Source: Octopus sinensis
Taxonomy: Eukaryota
DNA length: 64,000 bases
Direction: 5' to 3'
Assembly: GCF_006345805.1 (NCBI RefSeq)
Contig: NC_043012.1
Coordinates: 59,086,001-59,150,000 of the forward strand
This document shows positions 40,228-53,156 of this stretch, in pieces. Position 1 is the stretch's first letter; the number at the start of each line of letters is the position of its first letter. The position numbers were made by a program, and so were the translations under genes. Below the pieces are notes generated by a model. The model ran no database searches, had not been told where the DNA came from, and saw nothing but the letters and a program-made list of their open reading frames with translations.

Positions 40228-40464
40228 TATTTATTTTTTTTGTTGCGAATATGATTAGTTGATCTTGGGGTTAGATTATATCATGTTACTGTTTCACTGC
40301 AACAGTTATTATAATATAAATATAATTTTAAAAAAATACGTTGAGACGCAGGAATTTTTTACTGACAAATACATACAAACCTCTTTCGTGTGTCTCGCTC
40401 TATATAAGTATGTGCATGGATACAAGTGGCTGAGTGTGAGTATTTATATCTGTATGTATGTATA

Positions 40465-40527
<63 letters not shown>

Positions 40528-41051
40528 CTATATATATATTTATATTATATATTATATATATATATATATGTTATATATGTATATATATGGTAAAATGTAT
40601 ATTCAATGTATGAATGTCTATCTATTAATGTGTATATATGCATGTGTGTGTGGGGGGGTGTATGTTTCTATATTTACCATTAATGTACAAAGTTTCGATC
40701 GTAGGCCTAACTAGTTCCTGCATGAGACCAGACTGTGTTCTTCACTTCATTTTGTAACTTACCGCCGATTTGAAATGAAAAAATATAACAGTCATAAGAA
40801 AGAGTGGAGAGTGAGTACTAAATAGCAGAAGGTCTCCCGAAAGGAGACCCTACCCACACAAGTGTTTCGTTCCTAAATTTCTTACAGTCACAGAGAACGC
40901 AGCCGCATCCAGGTCATGGGACCTGGGTGCCCTTCTGCTCTCATTTTTCAGTTCATTTCTATATCGGACAGACGTGAATACAAATACTATATATTTATCA
41001 ATCGCGTTCTTTTCTTTCCGTCTGTTCTACAAAATGTCTCCCCTTTTTCTA

Positions 41052-41323
41052 CTGGTGTGGTGGTGTGATGAACAAAACTTGCTTCTTATCAACTTGTTCC
41101 GGGTTCAGTCCCAAAGTGTGGCACATTGCACAAATATTTTCTTCTATACCTTCAAGCAGACCAAAACCTTGTGAGTAAATTTAGTGCATATATATATATT
41201 TATATATATTTAATTTAGTCGGACAAATCGACCTCAGTACTTATTTCTTAAGCCTAGTACTTATTCACACATACACAAGCACACACACATACATATACAC
41301 ATACATGTACATATATATATGTG

Positions 41324-41355
<32 letters not shown>

Positions 41356-41382
41356 AATAGGTAGGTAGATAGAGAGATAGAG

Positions 41383-41447
<65 letters not shown>

Positions 41448-41590
41448 TACGACAGGCTTCTTTCAGTTTCCGCCTATCAAACCCGTTCACAACAAGAGGA
41501 AATTTCCTCAAAGGTGCCGCACAGTGTTAATGAAACCAGACGCATGTGGTTGGGAAGCAGCAATCTTACCACACAGTAACGCCTACACCT
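41052..41590. mobile_element. Two degenerate family A pieces: plus (41052-41180) and minus (41215-41590)
   Basis: ttccgggttcagtccc..gtggcac on plus; tttcagtttccg...aaggtgccgcacagtg...cttaccacacag on minus. Confidence 0.6.
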
Positions 41591-41675
41591 ATACACACAT
41601 GTGTATTGTGTGTGTGTGCAGGTGTGTGTGTGTATATATATATATTTACAAGTATGTGTATATATATACATATAT

Positions 41676-41749
<74 letters not shown>

Positions 41750-41750
41750 T

Positions 41751-42117
41751 ATACAGGAGTGACTGTTAGTCAGTAGTTTGCTTTCCAACCACATGGTTCT
41801 GGCTTCAGTCCCACTGCGTGGCACCTTGGTCAAGTGTCTTCTACTATAGCCTCGAGCCGTCCAAAGTTTTGTGAGTGGAATTTGTTAGACGGAAACTGAA
41901 AGACCGTCTTATATAAAGTTAATCCAAACAAGAAAGCACAAAAAAACACAACAACGCGAAGACGTGGAACAAATATAGTATTATTGGACGCTCAAGAAAG
42001 AAGGAAAGTAGGAGGGTTTAACGTTTCGAGCGGAGCTCTTCGTCGGAAACATAGGAGAATGAAAGATCCAGAGAAGGGAAGACAGAGGGAAAAAAATCGC
42101 CAACGGTACACACGCGG

Positions 42118-42154
<37 letters not shown>

Positions 42155-42412
42155 TGTGTGTGTGTGCGTGTGTGCGTGCGTGTGTGTGTACGTGTGTTTG
42201 TGTCTGTGTTTGTCCGCCCCCCCAACATCGCTTGACAAGCCATGCTGGTGTGTTTACGTCCCCATAAATCAGCGGTTCGGCAAAACAGAACCGATAGAAT
42301 AGGTATTAGACTTGCAAAGAATAAGTCCTGGGTCGATTTGCTCGACTAAAAGAAAAGGTGGTGCTCCGGCATGGCCACAGTCAAATGACTGAAACAAGTA
42401 AAGAATAAAATA

Positions 42413-42443
<31 letters not shown>

Positions 42444-43095
42444 GGAGTGACTGTGTAGTCGTATTTGCTTTCCAACCACATGGTTCTGGCTTCACCCACT
42501 GCGTGGCACCTTGGGCAAGTGTCTTCTACTATACGCCTCGAGCCGTCCAAAGTTTTGTGAGTGGAATTTGTTAGACGGAAACTGAAAGACCGTCTTATAG
42601 AAGTTAATCCAAACAAGAAAGCACAAAAAACACAACAACGCGAAACGTGGAAACAATATAGTATTATTGGACGCTCAGGACAGAAGGAAAGTAGGAGGGT
42701 TCCGTTTCGAGCCGAGCTCTTCGTCGAAACATAGGAAATGAAAGATCCAGAGAAGGGAAGACAGAGGGAAAAAAATCGCCAACGGTACACACGCGGTCGT
42801 GTGTGTGTGTGTGTGGTGTGTGTGTGTGTTTTGTGTGTGTGTGTGCTGGGGGTGCGTGCGTGTTGGTGTACGTGTGTTTGTGTCTGTGTTTGTCGCGCCC
42901 CCCCCACCATCGCTTGACAAGCCATGCTGGTGTGTTTTACGTCCCCATAAATCAGCGGTTCGGCAAAAAACAAGACCGATAGAATAGTATTAGACTCTGC
43001 AAAGAATAAGTCCTGGTCGATTTGCTCGACTAAAAGAAAAGGTGGCTCCCCGGCATGGCCACAGTCAAATGACTGAAACAAGTAAAAGAATAATA
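41751..43095 (+). repeat. Two-copy tandem duplication (688-bp period) of a family A SINE carrying a ~205-bp internal insert
   Basis: atacaggagtgactg at 41751 and 42439; copy 2 differs mostly by 1-nt indels. Confidence 0.9.
42016..42050 (-). ncRNA. Minimal type I hammerhead-like motif with variant core
   Basis: GUUU CCGACGA A GAGC UCC GCUC GAAAC GUU AAAC: helix I 4 bp, helix II 4 bp, loop-less palindromic ACGU helix III; U4 replaced by C. Confidence 0.55.
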
Positions 43096-43284
43096 AATAT
43101 ATATATTATATATATAAAAATGAGGACAAATGGAGAACATACTTAAATCAATCAATCATCAACCATCAGATAATACCCAATCAATACTTTATTACACATT
43201 ACATAACAGCAATAACATTATACATAATATATTGCAAATATAACTAGACATGGAAATAGAAATATAAAATACAATTACATCATA

Positions 43285-43395
43285 TCTGACAGCTGTTTCG
43301 GCCGAGAAGACAAGTATGTCTCATTTAACCTATTAGCCATATAAAGCAGGTATAAATGAGACATTAACAAGGAAGTCTCACGGCCTCTTCAGAGA
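43285..43395 (-). ncRNA. Type I hammerhead ribozyme motif with long helix II, in a ~295-bp element (43118-43411) between (TA)n runs
   Basis: UCU CUGAAGA GGCCG..CGGCC GAAAC AGCU GUC AGA; helix II extended by GAGAC/GUCUU and a perfect 12-bp AUGUCUCAUUUA/UAAAUGAGACAU. Confidence 0.8.
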
Positions 43396-43851
43396 ATTTA
43401 ATATAAGTGTGATATATATATATATATATGGAAAATGTTTTCCTTTAAAAGAAGATAATCGGAATGCCAAAGGCATTCAAGAATTAATAAATGAAAAGAA
43501 GAACATTAAAAAACATTTCAAACACAAAACAAACAAACATAAACAGAGCAGCTCGTGAATGGCTTTATCCATTGAAAAACAAAAAAAAAAAAAAGAATAT
43601 TACAAATATGATCGGAGCTTTAAGCCATAACTTATTTCAGGTCGTATTAAGACCTGAAATATTACAAAAAACTTTCAGTGGAGTAGGATTTCGGTTCCCT
43701 ACTCCGAGTATCCATGCTAGGGCTCACCGCTGGGTTAGCGACAACGTAAACATAAACATAAAGGTAAATGATAAATAAAAATAAATATAAAAATGTATAA
43801 CGTTGAAACATTGATAGTAATTCTACTGCATCAACAGTGACAGCATCAGCG

Positions 43852-44020
43852 ATTCCGGTTTCGATTCCTGGACCGGGCGACGCATTATGCTCTTGAGCAA
43901 AGCACTTCATTTCACGTTGCCCTAGAGCCCTCATCTGGCAAAAAATGAGTAATCTTGTGCTAGACCATCCAGGTCGGGACATTATACGTCGATGATACCA
44001 TGAAACCGTCCTTTATGAAT
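43852..44020 (+). mobile_element. SINE family D fragment
   Basis: ggtttcgattcctggaccgggcgacgcattatgctcttgagcaaagcacttcatttcacgttgc. Confidence 0.75.
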
Positions 44021-44694
44021 CGGTATTACACGGGAAGGTAACTTTACCTTTACTTTCACCAGTCCAATGACAGAAACAATTTAGTATGAAAGATAAAAGA
44101 TAAATATATATATACATGCAGACACCTATAAAAACCCATTAACACCCCAGTATGAGATAGACATACACATGTGCTGCGTGCATCTGCAATTGGCTTTGTT
44201 TTGGAGTGAGTTGGAAACCGTGTTTGTGCGCGGTAGTGTGTACGTGAGGCGTGTGTAGTCCTTTAGTTCAACTACAACATTTCACTGGGGCTTTCTTTAT
44301 CGTCTCTCTGAAGATGAACAGCGGTGGGGTCCAGGAAGGATACCAAGAGTAGGGAACCGAAGATTTACTCTATCACTGAAAATTGTTTTGTAATATTTCA
44401 GGTCTTAATACGACTAAGTTATGGCTTAAAGAGCGATAATATTTGTAATATTCCTTTTTTTTCTTTTTGCTGTTGTTTTTTTTTTTTTATTATTATTCAA
44501 TGGATAAAGCCACTCAGCAATTAACAATAGTGTTTTGAGAAACGAAAAAAACCTAAATATTTGTTCAGCTAATAGGATAATTTATGGAAAGCTTAAACGC
44601 ATTTCAAGAATTATTTTAATGAGTTCAGAAATGTGGAATCCTCATAACTAACCACGATCTACTCTAAGTGCGTCTGTACGTGTGTACGTGTACG

Positions 44695-44725
<31 letters not shown>

Positions 44726-44728
44726 TGT

Positions 44729-44781
<53 letters not shown>

Positions 44782-45149
44782 CATGTTTGTGTTTCAAACA
44801 AACCGATTTATTATTTTTCAAGTCAACCTACACTGTTTGCTAGGTCAGTTTATCTTTCCGGTGTCGTTGTGCCCCGCAAAAGAAGCCTTGTTAAGCATTG
44901 TTTAATTGAAAGGTTTCGTACCAGATGGTACTGTAAGCGACAAACTAGGTGCAGAGTATTCGGCAAGCGATAGATAAATATATATGGGGAAACGTCATCT
45001 AAATTTTTCTTTGATTTTTGTGGTTCGCAAGATTCTCGATGTAGACTCATTTGAAACACACCTTTTTTTGCCTTTAGAGATGGTCATTATATAAATAATA
45101 CGTACCGGTTCTGTTTCGTTTCATTATTATTATTAGTCAATTTTAACAG

Positions 45150-45250
45150 AATTGTTAGCACTTTGGACGAAATGCTTAGCGGTATTTCGCCGGTTGCTAC
45201 GATCTGAGTCCAAATTCCGCCGAGGTCCACTTTGCTTTTCATCCTTTCGC
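45150..45250 (+). mobile_element. SINE family B, 5' part
   Basis: gttagcactttggacgaaatgcttagcggtatttcg...aaattccgccgaggtccactttgcttttcatcctttcg. Confidence 0.8.
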
Positions 45251-45479
45251 CTGATATACCCTCCAGCCTTCAGGTGTCTTGGGGAAATTTCGTTCTGCTT
45301 GCTTGCCTTTTTTCTCTTGACTTGCATCTTGGTTAGACTAAGTATTTGCCCAAGGCACGGAATTACTCCGTAGCCTCCTTATAGGGTCTCATCTCAATAA
45401 ATGAAATCTATTTTATTATAATGACAGTCATTATCATAATTCTAGTCATAAGCAATCAATGAACGGCAGCAACACAACC

Positions 45480-46580
45480 ACCTCTACCTCCACCACCACC
45501 ACCACCAACCACCACCACCACCACCACCACCACCACCACCATCATCATCCTCTACCTTATCATCGTCATCATCAACATCATTATCACCATTACCGTCATG
45601 ATTAGCAACGACATCATTGTTGCTTTCAGCATACTCTTTTACCTGTTTGTCTTCCTCTTCCTCTTCCTCTTCCATCTTCTCTACCTCTTCCCCTTCATCT
45701 TTATCATCATCATCGCCATTATCGTCCACACCATCATCATCATCATCATCAGTTTCAGCAACATCATCATGATCAACATGATCGTGACCAATATCATCAT
45801 GAAATTCATCAGCATTATTCTCACCGTCTTCATCATCAGCATCGTGGTCAGAATCATCATCATCAACAGCATCATCATCATCGTCAACACAATGGTCATC
45901 ATCAGCATCATCATCATCATCATTATCATAGACACATTATAGTCATCATCAGCTTCAACTTCACCATGACTATGATCATCATCATCATCGATAGCAACAT
46001 TATCAACATCATCATCATCATCAACACCAACTTCATCATCATCACCATCATCATCATTATCAACATCATCATCATCATCATCAATACCAACTTCATCATC
46101 ATCATCACCATCATCATCATTATCATAGACACATTATAATCATCATCAGCTTCAACTTCATCATGACCATGATCATCATCAACGTCATCAACATCATCAG
46201 CATCATCATCATCGCCATCTTCACCATCACCATCATCATAATCATCATCCTCTTCATCACCATCATCATCATCGACATCGTTATATTCGTTTAACCTTAC
46301 TACGAAGTATGTCCATGTTGAAATTAAACGCAATGTCTTCCGATTGAAAACTGGCTGTTTTAATTTTGTTCGTAAATTTAGTTCCAACACAAACCAAACG
46401 CTATCAGAAAAAAAAATGAAGCTAAGAAAAAAAAACAGTTGACAACACAGCGTAACACAGCAGAGCACTAAATTGCAATTTATTGGAGAAAGATTTATTT
46501 TGCAAAAGTAACAACATTTTCACTGTTGTATTGTCAAATTTTATTATTATTTTATTATGATTTTTCACTGTAAATTATTA

Positions 46581-46640
<60 letters not shown>

Positions 46641-47355
46641 TATTATTGTTATTGTTATTATCAGTTTATCATTGTTGTTCCTGCTGTTTTTGTTGTTACT
46701 GTTGTTTTTATTATTATCGTTATTATTCTTATTATAATAATAATAATTATTATTATTGTTGTTCTTGTTATTATTATTATTATCATTATCATTAGTTTAT
46801 CAATGTTGTTCCTGCTGTTTTTCGTGATAATGTTGCTATTATATTATTATTATATATTATTATTATATTATTATTATATTATTATATTATTAGTATTAGT
46901 ATGTTATGTTATTATCAGTTTATCAATGTTGTTCCTGCTGTTTTTTGTTGTAATGTGTTTTTATTATATCGTTATTATTTTATTATAATATAATAATTAT
47001 ATTATTGTGTTGTTCTTGTGTTATTTATTATTATCATTTCATTAGTTATCAATGTTGTTCCTGCTGTTTTCGTGTAATGTTGCTTATTTATATTCTTATT
47101 ATTATTTTATTATTATTATATTATATTATTATTATGTTGTTGTTGTTGGTGTCTTGTTCTTGTTGTTGTTGTTGTCTTGTTATTAATATATTATTATATT
47201 TCATCATTGTTGTTGTTTGTCGTTGTTTTGTCTAAAATCTATTATGATCATTACGTATTTTCATACTATTATCATTAGTATTATTATGGTGATTATTATA
47301 TTATTATTATTATATATTATTATTATCTTATTATTAATATTATATATTATTATTA

Positions 47356-47396
<41 letters not shown>

Positions 47397-47420
47397 CATT
47401 ATTATTATTATTATTATTAG
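45480..47420. repeat. (CAT)n and (ATT)n simple-repeat tract with embedded ~198-bp (45921/46119) and ~125-bp (46660-47100) minisatellite units
   Basis: cattatcatagacacattata recurs twice; agtt(t)atca(a/t)tgttgttcctgctgtttt recurs four times. Confidence 0.85.
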
Positions 47421-47815
47421 AATTCTTAATTCTTAAACTATTTGCTCTCTTTCTTTGTATATGGCGGATATTTATATCGCTCTAAATTTCAGCCTAGTTG
47501 ACTTTTGACTTAAACGTACATTATTTAAAACTTTAACTGCATTTTAGAATAAATACTTATATGTATTTCATTACATGATTAATTACTAGACGTGTCAAAA
47601 CACACCAATATATTTCTATCAGCGCATTTAAGTTGTTTTTATGTAGATTTATTTAGGTTGCACAGAATTATTAACGCAACAGTGTATATACATACGCACA
47701 CTCACACATACACACACCAAACTCCTAAACACACTCAGACACATACATACACACACGCATACTATAACTATATACATATGTAAATTGCGTGATGTGCTGA
47801 GTGTCTACATATGCA

Positions 47816-47854
<39 letters not shown>

Positions 47855-48207
47855 AATATATATATATATATATACATGTATATACATATATAGATGTGTG
47901 TGGTGTGTGTGCAAGGAAACAACTTAGATAATACGTATTTATGTAAGTATATTACTAAATATATGTAAAACATTTATTTAAATTACAGTTAAATGTGTAT
48001 GTGTGTGTGTGTGTGTGTGTGTGTTGTGTGTGCATATGTATTATGCAAATAATCATAAATATGCATATATTTCAATTTATATACATATGTACGATGATTG
48101 CCATACATGAATTTCTACGTAAGTGTATCAACACATACGTTTGTATTCATATATACCTATCATCCATATGTATGAATTTATATGTATATATATATGTGTG
48201 TGTGGTT

Positions 48208-48248
<41 letters not shown>

Positions 48249-48276
48249 ATAATATATATATAGATAGATAGATAAT

Positions 48277-48317
<41 letters not shown>

Positions 48318-48485
48318 AGATAGATAGATAGATAGATATATATTATAGATAGATATAAGTATACTAAATGATAAATACTTATATATAAATAATTACATAT
48401 AGATTTAATGTTAGAATTATAATATATAACATACATACACACATATGCATATATGTATATATATAAGTTTACATGCATACATACC

Positions 48486-48524
<39 letters not shown>

Positions 48525-49415
48525 GCAAAATACATAGACGAACATATTTATGCATGCATTCATGCACATGTGTTTTTGTATTTGTGTATGTGTGTGTTTT
48601 TGTGCGTGTGTGTATGTGGCATGTGTGTGTGTGTGTGATTGTCTCTGTGTGCGCAAGTGTTACGTATGCATGTAAAAATATGAAGAAATATTTGCAGTGT
48701 AAACATGAAGAAAAAGAGTACTGTACACTGGAAGGAATATGTCAAACTCTATTAAAGTTGAAATTTGAAATTTCAGGACTCTGCGTTTCACGTCTTCGAT
48801 CCTCTCACTAAGTTTGTGCAACGACACAAGTAAGTGTTAATAAGAATATCTAGATAATGGAATCAAAACAAGTATAAAGCATTTTATTGCACGCATCCGT
48901 AGAGAATACTGTTGATTTGATTATATTGCTAAAAGAATAACAAATATCTAATTCAAATAAAAGTAATATAATATATATATATATATAAATATATATATAT
49001 ACTATATATATAGATATATATATATATATATATATGATATATATATCTATATAATGGGATAATTAACTCGTATTGCTTGTAGATCTTTTAAGCCATAAAA
49101 CAAAAATAATATGTTCGTTCATGTTATATAAAAGTCACGAGATGGAGTAAGAGTGTAAATGGGTAATAGAATATGCAGCGAGAGAAAAAAATCGTTAACT
49201 CTCAAAATACTATCGGAACTAAGTTACTATTCATAAAATAAGCAGCGAAAAGGGGAGAGATGGGTACAGAACAAGCACAAATATTAAGCGAAAATGAACG
49301 CTAAGTATACAATCCTTCGTACGTCCCGTTTACAATTTCGTATCGCAGATCCATCCTCAGAAGATTGTACACTACATATTTTGCACAAGCAGGCATTTAC
49401 AATTAATTTTGGGAT

Positions 49416-49465
<50 letters not shown>

Positions 49466-49509
49466 GTATGTATGTATGTATGTATGTATGTATGTATATA
49501 TATATTATC

Positions 49510-49544
<35 letters not shown>

Positions 49545-50067
49545 TGAGTATATGTTACAGTTTTGTTCTCACTGTCCCTGTTCTGTTTACCACTTTCACC
49601 CTCCGCAAAAAATCCCAAATTTTATTCAATTTTCTTTGCGGGATGGACTGTTTCAGCGAAGTCCCGTCTTTTCATTGCCTTCGGAATGAGGAGTAGTTGA
49701 AACAGGGACAACTGAAGAAGGGGAATATTCTTTATGTTGTATGTATCATTTCTCTGTTTGTTTTTTTTGTTGTTCGAAAAAAAATTTGTTTCCATGTTTT
49801 TGTTTTTAGGTTTTCGTTTCTCATTGTGTTCAACGTTTTTTTGATGTCCTGTACCCATATATGCATGCATATACACATATATATGTAGGTATGTACATAT
49901 ATCTATGTATATATGTATATATTTATATATTATTTATATTATTATATATATATGGTACACTTAAGTAGAAAGTCGTGCATGCCACTCTCTATATTGTAGT
50001 TGAAGTAGATGCATAAGTATACGCATTTGTACATTACATACTCACATACAAAATATCTACTATCAAT

Positions 50068-50131
<64 letters not shown>

Positions 50132-51410
50132 ATATCATTCATGTTTAGTGATAATATTTAAACGCATTTAGTGAAGTAAATTTAAGAATCTAGTTTGTTT
50201 CTGCTCTCTCCCTGCTTGCAAGATCACCCGAAAACAAGAATAGAACAATTCATATGAAAATCGTCGCCATATGTTACTCCAAATCTTCGAATGTGTCTTG
50301 AGAGTCCTCATTAAATTTGCTTGCCTTTACAACGTAGATATATTATTCATAATTCATACAGTCTCAATGCCGAATTGTTGTCAGGAGCTTTCACTGAGTT
50401 CTATTTTGCTACATTATAGCAAAGAAAATAGGAAGGAAGTTTCCATTCAAATATTTAATAGATCCCTTACTACAGTTCAAACAATGAAGAGAGCGTTCGC
50501 TGACCGCTTAATATTGTTTCATCGATAAGTTGTATTAATTGATGTAACTGGGAACATCTTTGCAATAAATGTAAATAGGTTAGAATATATCTTAATTCAC
50601 ATAAAAAATCCTTGGACTATGTTTGAATGAACATTCCTCCTAGAAGCTGAATTATCCCACAAAATATTCATATATCTCTCTCTAAGATTGGAAACTAAAT
50701 ATTTTGATACATAGTGTATTTTATCCAATATCCACTACAGTTAAATACTTCGTTATAAATTATAGTAGATTTCATGAAAGTATATACATCAGAGGAAAAC
50801 TATGATGTACGTCAGTTAATATTAGACTCTAAACTTTGCGTAATATATAATAGTTGATTGAAGCTTTTATTAATATAAAATAATGTTTCGTTACGTGTAT
50901 GTTAATGGAAAATTTAATTAGCGTCTAAATTCAATTCTATGTCTAGAAAACTAATTTTTGAAAGGTTACTCTCAACAGTAATAAAATTATTTGTGGAAAA
51001 TGAAAATCGTGACTATTAGTATTTCGCAAGCAAAATAATCCATCATTACTGTAAATCCCTTCACCCAAAATGAAGCCTTTTTCAAACAATAAATTTAAAG
51101 TATAGAAAGAAGGATTCCCCATACATCCCCCTCGTCAAACTAACCTATATTTACATCATTCAAACGCTGTATTCTCTTTTTTACTTAAGCTGCATTTTCA
51201 GAAAGACGTGAGATCTTCCAGAAAGTAGAATATTCTTACAAACGGAGGATATAGCTTGCAACATTTGTGCCTTAGTGACAGAGTTAAAATCTACAATATT
51301 GAACAGAAAATTAAACCACACATTTGTTTTCATATTACGAATTCATTTTATCACCAACAATCTATCAAAGATCCTGAGTAAATAGGGAACAATTTATATT
51401 TCAAACATGT

Positions 51411-51832
51411 TACTCTTTACTCTTTTACGTGTTTCAGTCATTTGACTGCGGCCATGCTGGAGCACTGCCTTTAATCGAGCAACTCGACCCCGGGACTTAT
51501 TCTTTTTGTAAGCCCAGTACTTATTCTATCGGTCTCTTTTGCCGAACCGCTAAGTGACGGGGGACGTAAACACACCAGCATCGGTTGTCAAGCAATGCAA
51601 GAGGGACAAACACAGACACACACACATATACACACACACATACATATATATATTATATATACATATATACGTCAGGCTTCTTTCAGTTTCCGTCTACTAA
51701 ATCCACTCACAAGGCTTTGGTCGGCCCGAGGCTATAGCAGAAGACAGTTGCCCAAGGTGCCACACAGTGGGACTGAACCCAGAACCATGTGGTTGGTTAG
51801 CAAGCTACTTACCACACATCCACTCCTGCGCC
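51411..51832 (-). mobile_element. SINE family A, full length, young
   Basis: High similarity to the reverse complement of 52161-52571. Confidence 0.95.
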
Positions 51833-52160
51833 AATGTTGTTATTATTTTTTATTATAAATTTGTAATATTGATTTTAAATCGATTACTCCCTTATGTTTG
51901 AGAAATTCACGGCATCTAATAAGAAAGGAAGTTGTAATATCTGACTTACGATGACTTGCAGCTGTTGTAATAGTACTAAAAAGATAGAAATACACAATAT
52001 CAATTTAGAAACAACCTATATCTTTGTTCGAAAAATATAGTGATGAGTTTATAAACTAATGCTTTGGTTCTGTTGCCTGCTGGTGGAGGTTTATTTCACC
52101 GGGTAACTGTTATAGACTGTGTATTGTATTTCTGGATTGTTTTGTTTAGTTTGTATTATA

Positions 52161-52571
52161 GGCGCAGGAGTTGTTGTGTGGTAAGTAGTTTGTTTACCAA
52201 CCACATGGTTCCGGGTTCAGTCCCACTGCGTGGCACCTTGGGCAAGTGTCTTCTGCTATAGCCTCGGGCCGACCAAAGCCCTGTGAGTGGATTTGGTAGA
52301 CGGAAACTGAAAGAAGCCTGTCGTATATATGTATATATATATGTGTGTTGTGTATATGTTTGTGTCTCTGTGTTTGTCCCCCACCATCGCTTGACAACCG
52401 ATGCTAGTGTGTTTACGTCCCCGTCACTTAGCGGTTCAGCAAAAAGAGACCGATAGAATAAGTACTAGGCTTACAAAGAATAAGTCCTGGGGTCGATTTG
52501 CTCGACTACAAAGGTGGTACTCCAGCATGGCCACAGTCAAATGACTGAAACAAGTAAAAGAGTAAAGAGTA
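52161..52571 (+). mobile_element. SINE family A, full length, young (used as the family reference)
   Basis: tRNA-like head ggcgcaggag...ggttccgggttcagtccc, CORE-like ccttgggcaagtgtctt, internal (TA)/(TG), tail (gtaaaaga)n. Confidence 0.95.
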
Positions 52572-53104
52572 TTGAATTGATGCTGTCTTTCTAGGATGTG
52601 GGCAGTTCTTAGCAGGGCTATTATTATTATTACTGTTGCTGTGGTGGTTGCTGTTGTTATTTCTGAAATACTGAGCTTCTTGCAAGAAGTGTATGTTGTT
52701 TTCTGGATGTACTGTATTTTCATTTCTATACCTTACATTTCCAACCCCCTTTTATCTTCTTCGCTCGCTTTTACTAGGGCACCAGCAACTATTGCCACGA
52801 TATACACCTTTTCCATTGTCGTTTTTGTTATTACTATTATTATTATCATTGCTATTAATGGGATTTTTTCCTTCACCGTTTTCCACGACGCAACTGCACT
52901 TAAGAAAGGATATTTATCGAGCTCGTTATTTTGTTTCTTTTTTCTTTACTATTTTCTAAGTTATTTGTCTCATTATATATGCTAGTGTAATGCGGTGCCC
53001 TATATATCTTCTTTGCTGCGAATGTGTGTTTAATGCATATATCTCCACAAATGTAACAAATGCCTTCTTAGAGTACGCAACAATTCTCTCTTTCTCTCCC
53101 CATA

Positions 53105-53156
<52 letters not shown>

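Noticed and set aside
40905-40930. Minus-strand ccaggtcccatgacctgg as a twister ribozyme P4/L4
   Set aside because: The UAA/GC and GAGGG pseudoknot partners of the twister consensus are not found
49570-49715. Nested short inverted repeats (tgtccctgtt/aacagggaca and others)
   Set aside because: Stems are short and imperfect, there is no TSD, and they could arise by chance
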